Of a DNA stretch of 64,000 nt, positions 8,870 to 19,142 are shown one piece after another. The stretch comes from Dehalococcoidia bacterium (lineage in GTDB: Bacteria > Chloroflexota > Dehalococcoidia > Dehalococcoidales > Fen-1064): assembly GCA_011170375.1 (NCBI GenBank), contig DUEV01000006.1:89255-153254 (forward strand), read 5' to 3'. The notes beneath the pieces were generated by a model. It was not told the origin of the DNA. It ran no database searches and saw only the letters and a list, made by a program, of their open reading frames with translations. A program made the position numbers and the translations under genes. The first letter of the stretch is position 1. Every line of letters begins with the position of its first letter.

Positions 8870-9703
8870 CTAGAGTACGTACCTCTCAACGGCAGTCGCC
8901 ACACCACTGTGCTCAACATCAGGAACAATATGGTCGGCTACGGCTTTCAACTCATCAGGAGCATTAGCAACGGCAATCCCCAGCCCGGCCGCTGTCAACA
9001 ACGAGATGTCATTGGTACCATCGCCGATAGCCACGACCTGAGACAGCGGTATCCCCAGAAACGCCGCCAGCTCCTCCAAGGCCTTTCCCTTGGATACCTT
9101 CAGGCTGATAATATTCACCAGGTCTACATCGGGATAGACCGGTGTCTTTGTCCACGTGAAGTTGAGGCGGCCCTCGAAGTGACGGCAGAAAAGACGGGCC
9201 TGCGCCTTCTCTTCCGCCGAGCGCATCACCAGTGTCCCCTTGATAATACGCTCCTGCAGCCACACCTGGCTTAAGTCCGTGACGGTCGGCTCAAGCCCGA
9301 AGAACTTGCGGCGTATCTCAGTCCCCCAGTCCTCCTGCTTGACGTACAAATGGGTAGAGGAAAAGAGTTCAATCCTCATTTCCTGCTGATAAGCGAACTC
9401 GCCCATTTCCTTCACCAGTTCCGGTAATACCGGCTCCACGTAGACCTCTATATCACCGTGAACGTCAGCCACCAGGGCACCGTCAAAGAAGACATGATAT
9501 CCATCGAGCGAAAGTAACTCAAGAGTCTTCTGACAGGCCTGGGTCACCCGGCCGGTTGACAGGGCAACATGGACGCCTGCCTGTCTGGCACTGGCCAGTG
9601 CCTGCCTGTCCGTATCAGAAATGACACCAGCCTGGTTTATCAGCGTGCCGTCGATATCCACCACCAGGAGACGGGGGCGCTTTGTCAAGCCTTTTTCCTC
9701 CAT
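8870..9703 (-). CDS. Cof-type HAD-IIB phosphatase
   Basis: 277 aa. LLVVDIDGTL motif I, STGR motif II, GDGTNDISLL motif IV. Confidence 0.85.
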   Translation of the reverse strand: MEEKGLTKRPRLLVVDIDGTLINQAGVISDTDRQALASARQAGVHVALSTGRVTQACQKTLELLSLDGYHVFFDGALVADVHGDIEVYVEPVLPELVKEMGEFAYQQEMRIELFSSTHLYVKQEDWGTEIRRKFFGLEPTVTDLSQVWLQERIIKGTLVMRSAEEKAQARLFCRHFEGRLNFTWTKTPVYPDVDLVNIISLKVSKGKALEELAAFLGIPLSQVVAIGDGTNDISLLTAAGLGIAVANAPDELKAVADHIVPDVEHSGVATAVERYVL

Positions 9704-9744
9704 ATTGACCGATAGTAAACAGTGGAATTATGTCAATCTGTAGA

Positions 9745-9774
9745 TTGACGGACAGGTTCGCACTATGTTATATT
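9745..9774 (+). promoter_or_regulatory. Candidate sigma70-type promoter of the tRNA gene
   Basis: TTGACG (9745-9750), 18-nt spacer, TATATT (9769-9774). The tRNA starts 11 nt downstream. Confidence 0.5.
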
Positions 9775-9784
9775 TGACCTGCAC

Positions 9785-9857
<73 letters not shown>

Positions 9858-9884
9858 GCTTTTGTTTCCTGATGTTCCCGCCTG

Positions 9885-9893
9885 ATTATAGCA
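9885..9893 (-). promoter_or_regulatory. Minus-strand extended -10 box (TGCTATAAT) in the conserved tail downstream of the tRNA
   Basis: Plus strand ATTATAGCA reads TGCTATAAT on the minus strand. The same box sits in front of nrpR and the crotonase gene. Confidence 0.4.
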
Positions 9894-10611
9894 TATCGCT
9901 GGCTGGTTGAACGAGAAGCGAACACAACGGAAGTGATAACCAGGTATCTGTATGTTCAAGATTTTACAGGCTTCTACCGATAACTTGCATCATCGACAGT
10001 CACCCGGAAAAATTCACCGTCTGACTATTTAAATCATTGTCTCTGAGAATAGATGTTTACTTTATACACGGTAAACTCATAAATAATATCATGCAGTAAT
10101 GTTAGAAAAATCGTTTTTCTACTTCGGTGTGATAGCAAGTCGCATAGACCAATAACTTGTTGAGTTGAAGTTTACGTACTACTCATGCTAGACCACGCTC
10201 GGATTCTTGGTAGAATACTTACGGTATGCCGCATAGATCTATTTATCCTTAATCTCTAGTCCTTTCACCTTTCCCTAACAATTAGTCATAATGTGAAATT
10301 TCAAGAAATAGCTAAGTTATCAATCCCTGTCAGGCAGTTAGACTCAAGACTTTTTCGTTTGATTTCAGCATAGGACAATAATCGCTAGCGTTATATTTGA
10401 AATCCTAGCTAGATTATCTCCTCTTTCCAGAATTGGAGACCGTAATCAGTTTTTAAGGCTGCCTTACATCTTTACACCCACCATTTTAAAATGAGGTTTT
10501 GTATTTTAGGGAATTAATTACATCCCTTTTCTCTCGACAGGTAGCGCATTTCTCAGGCCGCCTAAAAGTGCGTTAAAGGCACCAAGATATATTCCGGACT
10601 CTAACGAATGC

Positions 10612-10640
10612 TTGAATATCATTAGGTAGAAGCGTAATAT
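10612..10640 (+). promoter_or_regulatory. Candidate promoter for the AOR gene
   Basis: TTGAAT (10612-10617), 17-nt spacer, TAATAT (10635-10640). The predicted leader contains stem GTCAGTAA (10657-10664) / TTACTGAC (10698-10705) with inner ATTAG/CTAAT. Confidence 0.45.
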
Positions 10641-10728
10641 TACCGTTACAGCTTGTGTCAGTAATTATTAGCTGATTGAGGCAACCCTAATTTACGGTTA
10701 CTGACAAGCAAGACAAGGAGGGTGAATT

Positions 10729-12585
10729 ATGGCAAGAGGCTATATGGGAAAGATGCTGATGGTGGATCTTTCCAAAAATGAGCTAAGAGATGAGCCACTC
10801 GATGACAAGTTTTGTCGCCAATTCATTGGAGGTTATGGCATTGGCGTTAGGATACTCTTCAGCCGACAAAAGGCTGGTGTCGATCCGCTAGGCCCAGATA
10901 ATACCTTCGGCATTCTTACTGGTCCATTTACTGGTACTGCAGCACTCTCAGGTACGAGACACACGGTGGTGGGAAAATCACCTCTGACGGGAGGTTGGGG
11001 TGATGCCAATTCAGGTGGTTATTTCGGTTCTGGTATGAAGTTCGCTGGCTATGACGCGGTGTTCTTTGCTGGCACATCTGAAAAGCCGGTATATCTCTTT
11101 ATTAATAATGGCAAGGCTGAGCTGAAAGACGCTACTCGCCTGTGGGGGAAGGATACTTACCAAACCCAAGACATACTTAAATCTGAATTGGGCAAGAATA
11201 TAGAAGTAGCCTGTATTGGCCAATCAGGAGAGAACCTCTCTCTAATCTCCGCAGTTGTGAGCAGGAGTAGAACCGCCGCTCGTTCGGGATTGGGCGCCGT
11301 GATGGGTTCAAAGAGGCTTAAAGCAGTAGTGGTGAAGGGCAACATGAAAGTCCCTGTTGCCGATGAAGAAAGGACAAGGAAGCTGAGAAGAAAATACCTC
11401 GGTCAACTGGGAGGGCATATTGTCTGGTTAAAGCCAATAGGCACGCCGTTCCTCACCGTCCCAGGCGTTCAGGATGGTGATTCACCAGTTAAGAACTGGG
11501 GGGGGGTGGGGGTTATTGACTTTCCTAACTCTGAACCTATTGGAGCCGACGCTGTGATTGAGCGCAGGTCAAAGAGGTTTGCCTGTTACCTGTGCCCCAT
11601 TGGATGTGGAGGGTACATGAAGGCAGGAACCGGAGAGTACAAATATAAGGCGGGCGCTCGTAGACCTGAGTATGAGACAATTGCTATGTTTGGCACCAAT
11701 TGCCTTAATAACAACCTTGAATCGATAATTAAAGCAAACGATATTTGCGACCGCCATGGACTCGACACCATTTCTACTGGAGCTACTATTGCCTTCGCTA
11801 TTGAATGCTTTGAGAACGGGCTTATTTCCAAGACAGACACTGACGGTATTGAGATGACGTGGGGCAATCATAGAGCTATCGTGGCTATGACGGAAAAGCT
11901 AGCTACGAGAGAGGGTTTCGGTGCTGTGTTAGCCGATGGAGTGAAGGTGGCGGCAGAGAAAATCGGTAAGGGCGCCGACAAATACGCCATGCATATTCAA
12001 GGGCAGGAGCTACCGGCACATGACCCGAAGGGAGCGTTTTTCTACGCAACTGGCTACAGACTGGACCCTACTCCGGGTCGTCACTTTGTAGGCTCAGAAT
12101 TGTCAATGGGACCAGAACATCCCAAAGGACTACTACCCCGATTCGACCATGGATCGTTTGCCGGAAGAGGAGAAGCACGCAAGATAGGTGGCAACTTCCA
12201 CCATGCCCTAGTTTGTGCCGGTATGTGCCTTTTCGTGTACTGGGCTTATCCTAATGTTGAGCCCATAGCCGAGTTCATGAGGGCGGTTACTGGTTGGGAC
12301 ATAACTAATGACGAGCTGCTCAGAACCGGTGAGAGAATTTCTAATATCCGTCAGGCTTTCAATATCCGCGAAGGGTTGAACCCGATGGAGTTCAAAGTCC
12401 CCGACAGGGTGCTTGGCCAACCGCCGCATACAGAGGGCCCTCTCGCCGGGGTAACCATTGATGAAAAGACACTGGATAAAGAGTATCTGGCCGCAATGGA
12501 CTGGGACCTGAAGACAGCAAAACCGAGTAAAAAGAAACTTCTCGAACTAGACCTAGCAGATGTGGCCCAGGAACTCTGGCCTTAG
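10729..12585 (+). CDS. Tungsten-type aldehyde:ferredoxin oxidoreductase (AOR family)
   Basis: 618 aa. N-terminal MGKMLMVDLS..GGYGIG, the CYLCPIGCG cluster region and overall length match the AOR family. GGAGGG RBS. Confidence 0.9.
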   Translation: MARGYMGKMLMVDLSKNELRDEPLDDKFCRQFIGGYGIGVRILFSRQKAGVDPLGPDNTFGILTGPFTGTAALSGTRHTVVGKSPLTGGWGDANSGGYFGSGMKFAGYDAVFFAGTSEKPVYLFINNGKAELKDATRLWGKDTYQTQDILKSELGKNIEVACIGQSGENLSLISAVVSRSRTAARSGLGAVMGSKRLKAVVVKGNMKVPVADEERTRKLRRKYLGQLGGHIVWLKPIGTPFLTVPGVQDGDSPVKNWGGVGVIDFPNSEPIGADAVIERRSKRFACYLCPIGCGGYMKAGTGEYKYKAGARRPEYETIAMFGTNCLNNNLESIIKANDICDRHGLDTISTGATIAFAIECFENGLISKTDTDGIEMTWGNHRAIVAMTEKLATREGFGAVLADGVKVAAEKIGKGADKYAMHIQGQELPAHDPKGAFFYATGYRLDPTPGRHFVGSELSMGPEHPKGLLPRFDHGSFAGRGEARKIGGNFHHALVCAGMCLFVYWAYPNVEPIAEFMRAVTGWDITNDELLRTGERISNIRQAFNIREGLNPMEFKVPDRVLGQPPHTEGPLAGVTIDEKTLDKEYLAAMDWDLKTAKPSKKKLLELDLADVAQELWP

Positions 12586-12686
12586 AATAAGACAATTTAG
12601 GCAGGTGCCAGTGAGACAGCATCATATAATCACGGCCTTACTAGCCCCTTTGATTGTTCGCCCGGGTGAAAAAATTAGTGCAACAT

Positions 12687-13454
12687 CTATAACATAAGGT
12701 GCCCGCCATTTATGAAGATGAGCTGACCCGTGATGAAATCAGACTCTTGTGAGGCCAAAAATACCGCGGTTCCAACGATGTCTGCTGGCTCTTCACGCCG
12801 TCTTATATATTGTGCTGCGATAACACTCTCAAATAATTGCTCACTCCCACTCTGGCTTAAACTAGCTTCCGTCGCTGTATACCCGGGAGCAATAGCATTT
12901 ACATTAATGCCTGATGGTCCCAGAGCTGCGGCCAAAGAATGAGTCATCGTATAAACCGCCACTTTACTTAAGGCATAAGCTAAAAAGTATTGGGAATCTG
13001 GCGATCTAATAATATCAGAAGTGATGTTGATAATCTTGCCACTAGACCGCTTTGTCATTAGTGGTGCTACTGCCTTACAACACAACCAAGTTCCGCGCAC
13101 ATTGACTGCAAATATCCGGTCCCATTCTTCCACTGTCCAAGTATCCCACGGTTTGGCTTCTATTCCATAGTAAATAGCAGCATTATTAAGGAGAATATCT
13201 ACCTTGCCATAGTGCTGCACAACCTCTTCCGCCATCTTTGTGGTAGCGTTTTCATCTGAGATGTCAGTCTCTACAGCCACGGCTTCTCCACCCTTAGCCC
13301 TTATCTCATCAGCCACACCTTCAGCCCTTTGCAGACTGATATCAGGTAAAAATAACCTGGCACCTTCATCGGCATACCTTAAAGCGAACGCCCGACCAAG
13401 ACCACGGCCAGCTCCAGTTATGATAGCCACTTTGTCCTTTAATAATGGTGACAT
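12687..13454 (-). CDS. Short-chain dehydrogenase/reductase
   Basis: 255 aa. TGAGRGLGRA cofactor motif, NNAA, YALSK catalytic YxxxK. Confidence 0.85.
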   Translation of the reverse strand: MSPLLKDKVAIITGAGRGLGRAFALRYADEGARLFLPDISLQRAEGVADEIRAKGGEAVAVETDISDENATTKMAEEVVQHYGKVDILLNNAAIYYGIEAKPWDTWTVEEWDRIFAVNVRGTWLCCKAVAPLMTKRSSGKIINITSDIIRSPDSQYFLAYALSKVAVYTMTHSLAAALGPSGINVNAIAPGYTATEASLSQSGSEQLFESVIAAQYIRRREEPADIVGTAVFLASQESDFITGQLIFINGGHLML

Positions 13455-13487
13455 ATCTCCCCCCTTTCAATATCTGCTTGCCATATC

Positions 13488-14036
13488 CTATACCGGTAAG
13501 TTAAGATTTCCTTTTTCAAACTCATCTAATATAATCTCAGTAGACCACCTAGCAGTTTGCATGATCGTGCACCCTTCGGTTATTCCTAGAAACTCCTGAC
13601 TCATATCATCACGTGTCAGATCCCAGGCTCTTCCAAAGAATTTTCTCTGCACGTCCTTACAAAGTATAGATGAATATTCCTTGTAATATTTATCCAGAAT
13701 AGTGTTCCTAATGGTGACACAGCCATCACGCATGACGCGATCGTCCTGGGATTCCCGCGAAATCCCCAACGCCAGACCAATTGCGAGGACAGCGCTGTTT
13801 ACAGCACCACAGGTGCCCTCTCCAGTCATGGCAACACCGGCGGTCATAACACATATCCCAGAAAATAGTCTATCTTCCATATCCTCTGGGATGAGTTCCA
13901 AGCCCCCCCATCTCAGAGCATCGATTATAGCCAGAAACGTACACTGACCGCAGCCCTTATATTTAGCCTCGTATTCCACTCCCAGTTCCTCTGCTTTATT
14001 TATTATTTCCTCTTTTGTCCTCTTGATTTCAACCAT
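13488..14036 (-). CDS. C_GCAxxG_C_C-family putative redox-active protein
   Basis: 182 aa. GCGQC...GTCGAVNSAVLAIG...C spacing as I remember it for this family. Confidence 0.55.
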   Translation of the reverse strand: MVEIKRTKEEIINKAEELGVEYEAKYKGCGQCTFLAIIDALRWGGLELIPEDMEDRLFSGICVMTAGVAMTGEGTCGAVNSAVLAIGLALGISRESQDDRVMRDGCVTIRNTILDKYYKEYSSILCKDVQRKFFGRAWDLTRDDMSQEFLGITEGCTIMQTARWSTEIILDEFEKGNLNLPV

Positions 14037-14072
14037 AATTAGCCCCCTTGTTTTCTGCCCTGCGCTCCAGCG

Positions 14073-14078
14073 ATTATA
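14073..14078 (-). promoter_or_regulatory. Candidate -10 box (TATAAT on minus strand) for the C_GCAxxG_C_C/SDR operon
   Basis: Plus strand ATTATA, about 37 nt upstream of the minus-strand start at 14036. Confidence 0.35.
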
Positions 14079-14343
14079 CTACATTAATATATCAAATACA
14101 TTATAGAATTGGTTAAACAATCTCAAAACTACACATTGCAATTCTATACATGTCGTGATAGAGTTATGAAGCTTATAAAAGAGGGTGTTTAAATACCAAT
14201 TCTCAATCAGATCTAGTTTCGCTGACTCGTTCTTACTATAGTTGTTTGAAGGCTAGAATCAGAAGATTTATTAGTAACAAGAAGGAGGTGAGAAACAAGA
14301 TAAGAGACCTTGGTTAAGCACTCTGTTTAAAAGGAGGCTACCA

Positions 14344-15606
14344 GTGAGAAGGAAATTATTAATTCTCATGGTTAGTTGCACGATGGTCCTGGCGTTGGCA
14401 GCACCGCTTTTTGCCGCAGGCTGTGACGAAGCAGAACCGGAGAAAGAAGTAATCGTTTTCGGAGCGGCCAGACCTCTCACAGGCCCATTCGCTGTCTATG
14501 AAGAAATGGCATTCGGGCCGATCTACAAGATGTGGGTTGATGAGGTTAATGCCAGAGGCGGGCTATATATCGAAGAGTACGGCAAGAGATTGCCGATAGA
14601 GCTCAAGATATATGACGACGGCAGCGATATGGGCACAATGACATCGATGTTGGAGAGACTAATCCTAGAGGATGAGGTTGACTTTATCTTACCTCCTGCC
14701 AGTACCGCCTTCCTCTTTGCCGCTGCCCCAATAGCCAATAAGCACGGCTATATATTAATGGGAGCTGAAGGTGGCGGGACCACCCTCACGCCACTACTGC
14801 CCAGTTTACCCTACTACTTCGGTGTCCTGAATTACTCCGACCACTACCAGATGCCGGTCCTGGCCGATATTCTTTCCGACGCTGGTATAGAGACAGCGGC
14901 GATAATGTACCTTGAAGACCTCCACGGTGTGGAATATAGCGGTGTAGCTGGTATTGAGTTAACCAATGCTGGTATCGATATCGTCATGACCAAGAGCGTG
15001 CCGCTGGGGGTTATGGATGTATCTTCGATAATTAATCAAGCCAAGACGCTTGGTGCCGAAGCCTTCCTCTCTTTCTGCTACCCCGACGAGAACTTCCTGG
15101 CTATTGGTACGGCAATTGCCCTTGATTACAACCCGGACGTCTTCCTGACCGGTCCTGGAGCCAATTTTGCCTTCTTCGCGGGTGTATTCGGTCCTGCGGC
15201 AGAGGGAATAATGGGTTACGGCGCCTGGAACACGAAGAGTTCGGCGGCGTCTGAGGACTTCTACGAAAAATTCATTGCCCTCTATGACCCGGGCTTACTC
15301 GATTGGTGGGGACACAACCTTTACTACGCCGGACTGCAGTTCTTTGAACAGGCTATCGAGGAAGCCGGGACCCTTGACCAGGCAGTAATCAGGGAAGTTA
15401 TGGCAACATCGACATTCGATACAATACTGGGACCTACCTGGTTTGACATGACAGCTGATGGTGAGGGTGGCGGACTTCTGGCTGAAGAGTGCTACACCGG
15501 GCAGGTCGGCCAATGGCAAAACGGCGTATTTGAGGTCGTTGACCCCGGTGCGAATCGCACCGCACCACCTGTTATCCCCAAGCCGGCATGGCCAGCAGAA
15601 GAATAG
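14344..15606 (+). CDS. ABC transporter substrate-binding lipoprotein, Leu/Ile/Val-binding (LivK-like) family
   Basis: 420 aa. Lipobox LFAAGC. Family-typical GAARPLTGPFA and size. AGGAGG RBS, GTG start. Confidence 0.8.
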   Translation: MRRKLLILMVSCTMVLALAAPLFAAGCDEAEPEKEVIVFGAARPLTGPFAVYEEMAFGPIYKMWVDEVNARGGLYIEEYGKRLPIELKIYDDGSDMGTMTSMLERLILEDEVDFILPPASTAFLFAAAPIANKHGYILMGAEGGGTTLTPLLPSLPYYFGVLNYSDHYQMPVLADILSDAGIETAAIMYLEDLHGVEYSGVAGIELTNAGIDIVMTKSVPLGVMDVSSIINQAKTLGAEAFLSFCYPDENFLAIGTAIALDYNPDVFLTGPGANFAFFAGVFGPAAEGIMGYGAWNTKSSAASEDFYEKFIALYDPGLLDWWGHNLYYAGLQFFEQAIEEAGTLDQAVIREVMATSTFDTILGPTWFDMTADGEGGGLLAEECYTGQVGQWQNGVFEVVDPGANRTAPPVIPKPAWPAEE

Positions 15607-15771
15607 ATATAAGAATATAGCAGCATTATCATCATAAATAGTGGGCAGGCTGTCTAAATGGTGCAGATAGCAACCAAAAAAGGTGGCTATTTTCACCAGA
15701 AGGTCTGCAGTGCCTCTTTCAGGCAGCCTGCCACATCTTGATTGCCGGAACCCGAAAGCTGTTTTATATTT

Positions 15772-16638
15772 ATGGTCGAGTTCTTAAATATATTCATTGG
15801 TGGGTTGATACTGGGTGGCATCTATGCCCTGATTGCTGTGGGGCTCAGCCTGCAGTATGGCGTTGCCCGGGTGCTGAACATATCTCACGGCGAGTTTATC
15901 ATGGTCGGGGCTTTTCTCACCTGGGCAATGTATACTTTCTGGGGACTCAATCCGCTGGCCTCTCTGGCTATTGTCGGCCCCGCTATATTTGTAGTAGGTT
16001 TTGTTCTGCACCGGACATTATTCACTCGTCTAAGGACTTCATCCGCATCGCCGGCTGCCTATGAGGGTGGTTCGCTTATAGCCACTTTCGGGCTGATGTT
16101 CATCATTCAGAATTTGGCCATTATCACCTGGGGCACTGATATAGAAGCGTACTCATTTCTAAATACCGGTGTGTCTATCTTTGGGGCCAGATTTGCTGCC
16201 AACCGCTTGACAATGCTCTTGTTTGCTGCCGGAATATGCGTGGTCTTCTATCTGTTTCTGGCCCGTACTCGCCTAGGTAAAGCGATTAGGGCGGCTGCAC
16301 AGGACCCCGAGACCGCCGGAATGATGGGGGTGAACATCAAACGGGTGCTGGCTCTATGCTTTGGCCTTGGTGCCTTGATGGCCGGTCTGGCTGGCTCATT
16401 ACTGAGTATGTGTTATCCTATTCGAACCACGATGGGTCTGGAATATACCATAATCGCCATCATAGTGGTCGTCCTCGGCGGAATGGGCAGTATTGTCGGT
16501 AGTTTTATCGGTGGTCTCATACTGGGCATGGTCGGCAGCATAGTGCTCTATATCGACCCGAGCCTGTCACTAGTTGCCTATTATTTCATCTTCATACTCC
16601 TGCTGCTAGTAAGACCAACTGGTATTTTGGGTAAGTAG
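15772..16638 (+). CDS. livH: Branched-chain-type ABC permease (LivH-like)
   Basis: MVEFLNIFIGGLILGGIYALIAVG matches the LivH N-terminus. I prefer the ATG at 15772 to the TTG at 15742. Confidence 0.85.
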   Translation: MVEFLNIFIGGLILGGIYALIAVGLSLQYGVARVLNISHGEFIMVGAFLTWAMYTFWGLNPLASLAIVGPAIFVVGFVLHRTLFTRLRTSSASPAAYEGGSLIATFGLMFIIQNLAIITWGTDIEAYSFLNTGVSIFGARFAANRLTMLLFAAGICVVFYLFLARTRLGKAIRAAAQDPETAGMMGVNIKRVLALCFGLGALMAGLAGSLLSMCYPIRTTMGLEYTIIAIIVVVLGGMGSIVGSFIGGLILGMVGSIVLYIDPSLSLVAYYFIFILLLLVRPTGILGK

Positions 16639-16642
16639 AGAA

Positions 16643-17596
16643 ATGAATAGTGTTGCCAGTATTGTGTTAAACAGGTCCTTTCAACTGGGATTACTGGCTG
16701 TAATCCTTATCGCACTGGCTACTCTGCCCTTACACTACCAGGGCTATAACATCGTACGGCTGCTCAATATCTTTATGTTTGTCGTCCTGACGGTAAGTTG
16801 GGTGATTTTTTCTGGCTCTACCGGCTATATGTCACTGGCATCGGCAGCCTTCTTCGGGGTTGGCATTTACACCTCGGCCTTACTCGGTGATAAATTGCCG
16901 ATAGCGGTTGTTGTCGGCATCGGCGCCCTGGTCAGTTCTTGTGTCGCCTTTCTGGTAGGTGCCCTCACACTCAGACTTAGAGGCATATACTTTGCTATCT
17001 TCACCTTCGGCCTTGTTGAGCTCATCAAGCACCTTACCCTCTGGTGGGAGATCAATATGGAGGACAGGCGGGGAAGGCTCGTTGTCTATGTAGAAAACGA
17101 CATTATCTTCTGGGTTATGCTCTCCATTCTTGTGGCAACACTGCTAACTGCCTACTTTATCCGACGCTCCAAGTGGGGATTGGCTTTACAAAGCATTGGT
17201 GAGAATGAAGAAGCTGCCGCCCACATGGGTATAAATGTGACCCTGGTGAAGGTCATCACCTTCGCTGTCAGCGCCCTATTCGTAGGGGCATCCGGGGCAA
17301 TAATAGCGACGAGGTGGACATATATTGACCCCGGCATCGCCTTTAATCCGCTCTATTCGTTTATGCCAGTCCTGATGGCCATCTTCGGCGGTATGGGGCG
17401 GCTCTTAGGCCCGGTGATAGGCGCAATCGCCTTTACTTACCTTAAGGAGGAGTTAGGAACCGAATTTCCCGAGTTGTACATGCTTATTTTCGGTATAATA
17501 CTTATTGTGGCTATATTGTATATGCCCAACGGGCTGGTGGGGTTGATACAAAGGTTGTGGATAAGGGGTTTCAGGAGGCAGGATGCGGATACTTGA
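16643..17596 (+). CDS. livM: Branched-chain-type ABC permease (LivM-like)
   Basis: 317 aa polytopic membrane protein following livH and overlapping livG by 14 nt. Confidence 0.85.
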   Translation: MNSVASIVLNRSFQLGLLAVILIALATLPLHYQGYNIVRLLNIFMFVVLTVSWVIFSGSTGYMSLASAAFFGVGIYTSALLGDKLPIAVVVGIGALVSSCVAFLVGALTLRLRGIYFAIFTFGLVELIKHLTLWWEINMEDRRGRLVVYVENDIIFWVMLSILVATLLTAYFIRRSKWGLALQSIGENEEAAAHMGINVTLVKVITFAVSALFVGASGAIIATRWTYIDPGIAFNPLYSFMPVLMAIFGGMGRLLGPVIGAIAFTYLKEELGTEFPELYMLIFGIILIVAILYMPNGLVGLIQRLWIRGFRRQDADT

Positions 17597-18302
17597 AGGT
17601 GAAGGCGTCAGTAAACATTTCGGCGGCTTGGCCGCACTATCGAATGTCGACTTTCATGTGGATGCGGGTGAAATTGTAGGTTTGATCGGTCCCAATGGTG
17701 CCGGCAAAACTACGTTGTTTAATCTGGTATCAGCAGCCCTTACCACTAAACAGGGGGTAATAAAATTCAAAGGCAGAAAGATTACCGGCCTCAAGCCCCA
17801 CCAGATATGTCGGATGGGGTTGGCCAGAACCTTTCAATCGGTTAAAATTTTCGGTAATATGCCGGCTCTTACCAACGTGTATATCGGTTCTTTATTCGGG
17901 ATTCCAGCCGGGACGCCGTCGGCATATGCTGCCAAGGGGGCTGAGGAACTACTGGAGTTTGTTGGCTTATCAGCATCTAAGGTGACTCCTGCTAAAGACC
18001 TGACACTGGTTAACCAGAAGCGTGTGGAGGTAGCCAGGGCACTGGCCACCAAGCCGGAGTTGTTGCTGCTTGATGAGCTTATGGCAGGCTTGAATCCTAC
18101 TGAAGTAGCCCAGGCTATGGAGTTGGTAACCAAGATTCGGGATAGAGGCATTACTGTCTTTGTAATTGAGCATGTAATGAAAGCAATTATGGGCGTATGT
18201 GACCGAATTATAGTACTCCACCACGGTGAGAAGATTGCCGAAGGAACACCTCAGGAGATTGCCAATAACAGAGCCGTTGTAGAGGTGTATCTGGGAGAAT
18301 AG
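17583..18302 (+). CDS. livG: ABC ATPase (LivG-like)
   Basis: Walker A GPNGAGKTT, signature region, Walker B LLLLDE. Confidence 0.9.
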   Translation: MRILEGEGVSKHFGGLAALSNVDFHVDAGEIVGLIGPNGAGKTTLFNLVSAALTTKQGVIKFKGRKITGLKPHQICRMGLARTFQSVKIFGNMPALTNVYIGSLFGIPAGTPSAYAAKGAEELLEFVGLSASKVTPAKDLTLVNQKRVEVARALATKPELLLLDELMAGLNPTEVAQAMELVTKIRDRGITVFVIEHVMKAIMGVCDRIIVLHHGEKIAEGTPQEIANNRAVVEVYLGE

Positions 18303-18306
18303 GCCA

Positions 18307-19011
18307 ATGCTGGAAGTCAATAATATCAATACCTTTTATGGCAAAGCACAGGCACTATTTGACCTATCCTTAAGAGTCGAAGAGTCAGAAATTTTTGCTC
18401 TGATCGGCTCAAACGGCGCCGGTAAAACTACATTGCTAAATACAATCTCCGGTTTAGTAACACCAGCTTCAGGTAATATAGAGTTCCTCGGTAAGAGAAT
18501 TAACGGTTTAGCACCCCACATCATTGTAGAAATGGGCATTTCTCATGTACCCGAGGGAGGCCGGATTTTCAATGAGATGACGGTGCGTGAGAACCTGGAG
18601 ATGGGTGCCTATTCTTCCCATGCCTGGAAGATCAGGTGGGGAACACTGCAGCAGGTTTACGAGATATTTCCCGTACTGAAGGAAAGGGAGAAACAGTTGG
18701 CCAGAACATTGAGTGGCGGTGAACACCAGATGCTGGCTATGGGGAGGGGTCTGATGTCAAGACCGAAACTGTGTATCCTCGATGAGCCGTCATATGGCCT
18801 GGCACCGAAATATGTCGAGGAGGTCTTCCGTATTATAAATTCGCTGCGTGAGCAGGGAATTACGATTTTACTGATTGAGCAGAATGTCAGGCATACCCTA
18901 GAAACGGCTGACCGGGCCTGTGTGCTTGAAAATGGCCATATTGTTCTGGATGATATCTGTGATAACCTCCTTCAGAGTGACCACGTAAGGAAAGCCTATT
19001 TAGGACTTTAA
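18307..19011 (+). CDS. livF: ABC ATPase (LivF-like)
   Basis: Walker A GSNGAGKTT, LSGGEHQML signature, Walker B ILDEPS. Confidence 0.9.
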   Translation: MLEVNNINTFYGKAQALFDLSLRVEESEIFALIGSNGAGKTTLLNTISGLVTPASGNIEFLGKRINGLAPHIIVEMGISHVPEGGRIFNEMTVRENLEMGAYSSHAWKIRWGTLQQVYEIFPVLKEREKQLARTLSGGEHQMLAMGRGLMSRPKLCILDEPSYGLAPKYVEEVFRIINSLREQGITILLIEQNVRHTLETADRACVLENGHIVLDDICDNLLQSDHVRKAYLGL

Positions 19012-19142
19012 TTTAGTGATATAATATGTGTCTTAAGTCGAGAGAATTAGTGGGCACCGAATAGGAATTATGACGCATAAAGTTGAAACGCTAATACTAA
19101 CTGATTGAAAAGACCAATACATAGGTTAGGAGGTAAAAGAAA

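Noticed and set aside
10540-10728. Moco/Tuco riboswitch upstream of the tungsten AOR gene.
   Set aside because: The leader is only ~80 nt after the predicted promoter, and I cannot match the conserved Moco-motif nucleotides from memory. Kept only as a structured leader.
15738-16064. 108-aa alternative-frame ORF and the TTG 15742 start for livH.
   Set aside because: The alternative frame has no transporter features. The LivH-like N-terminus begins at the ATG at 15772.
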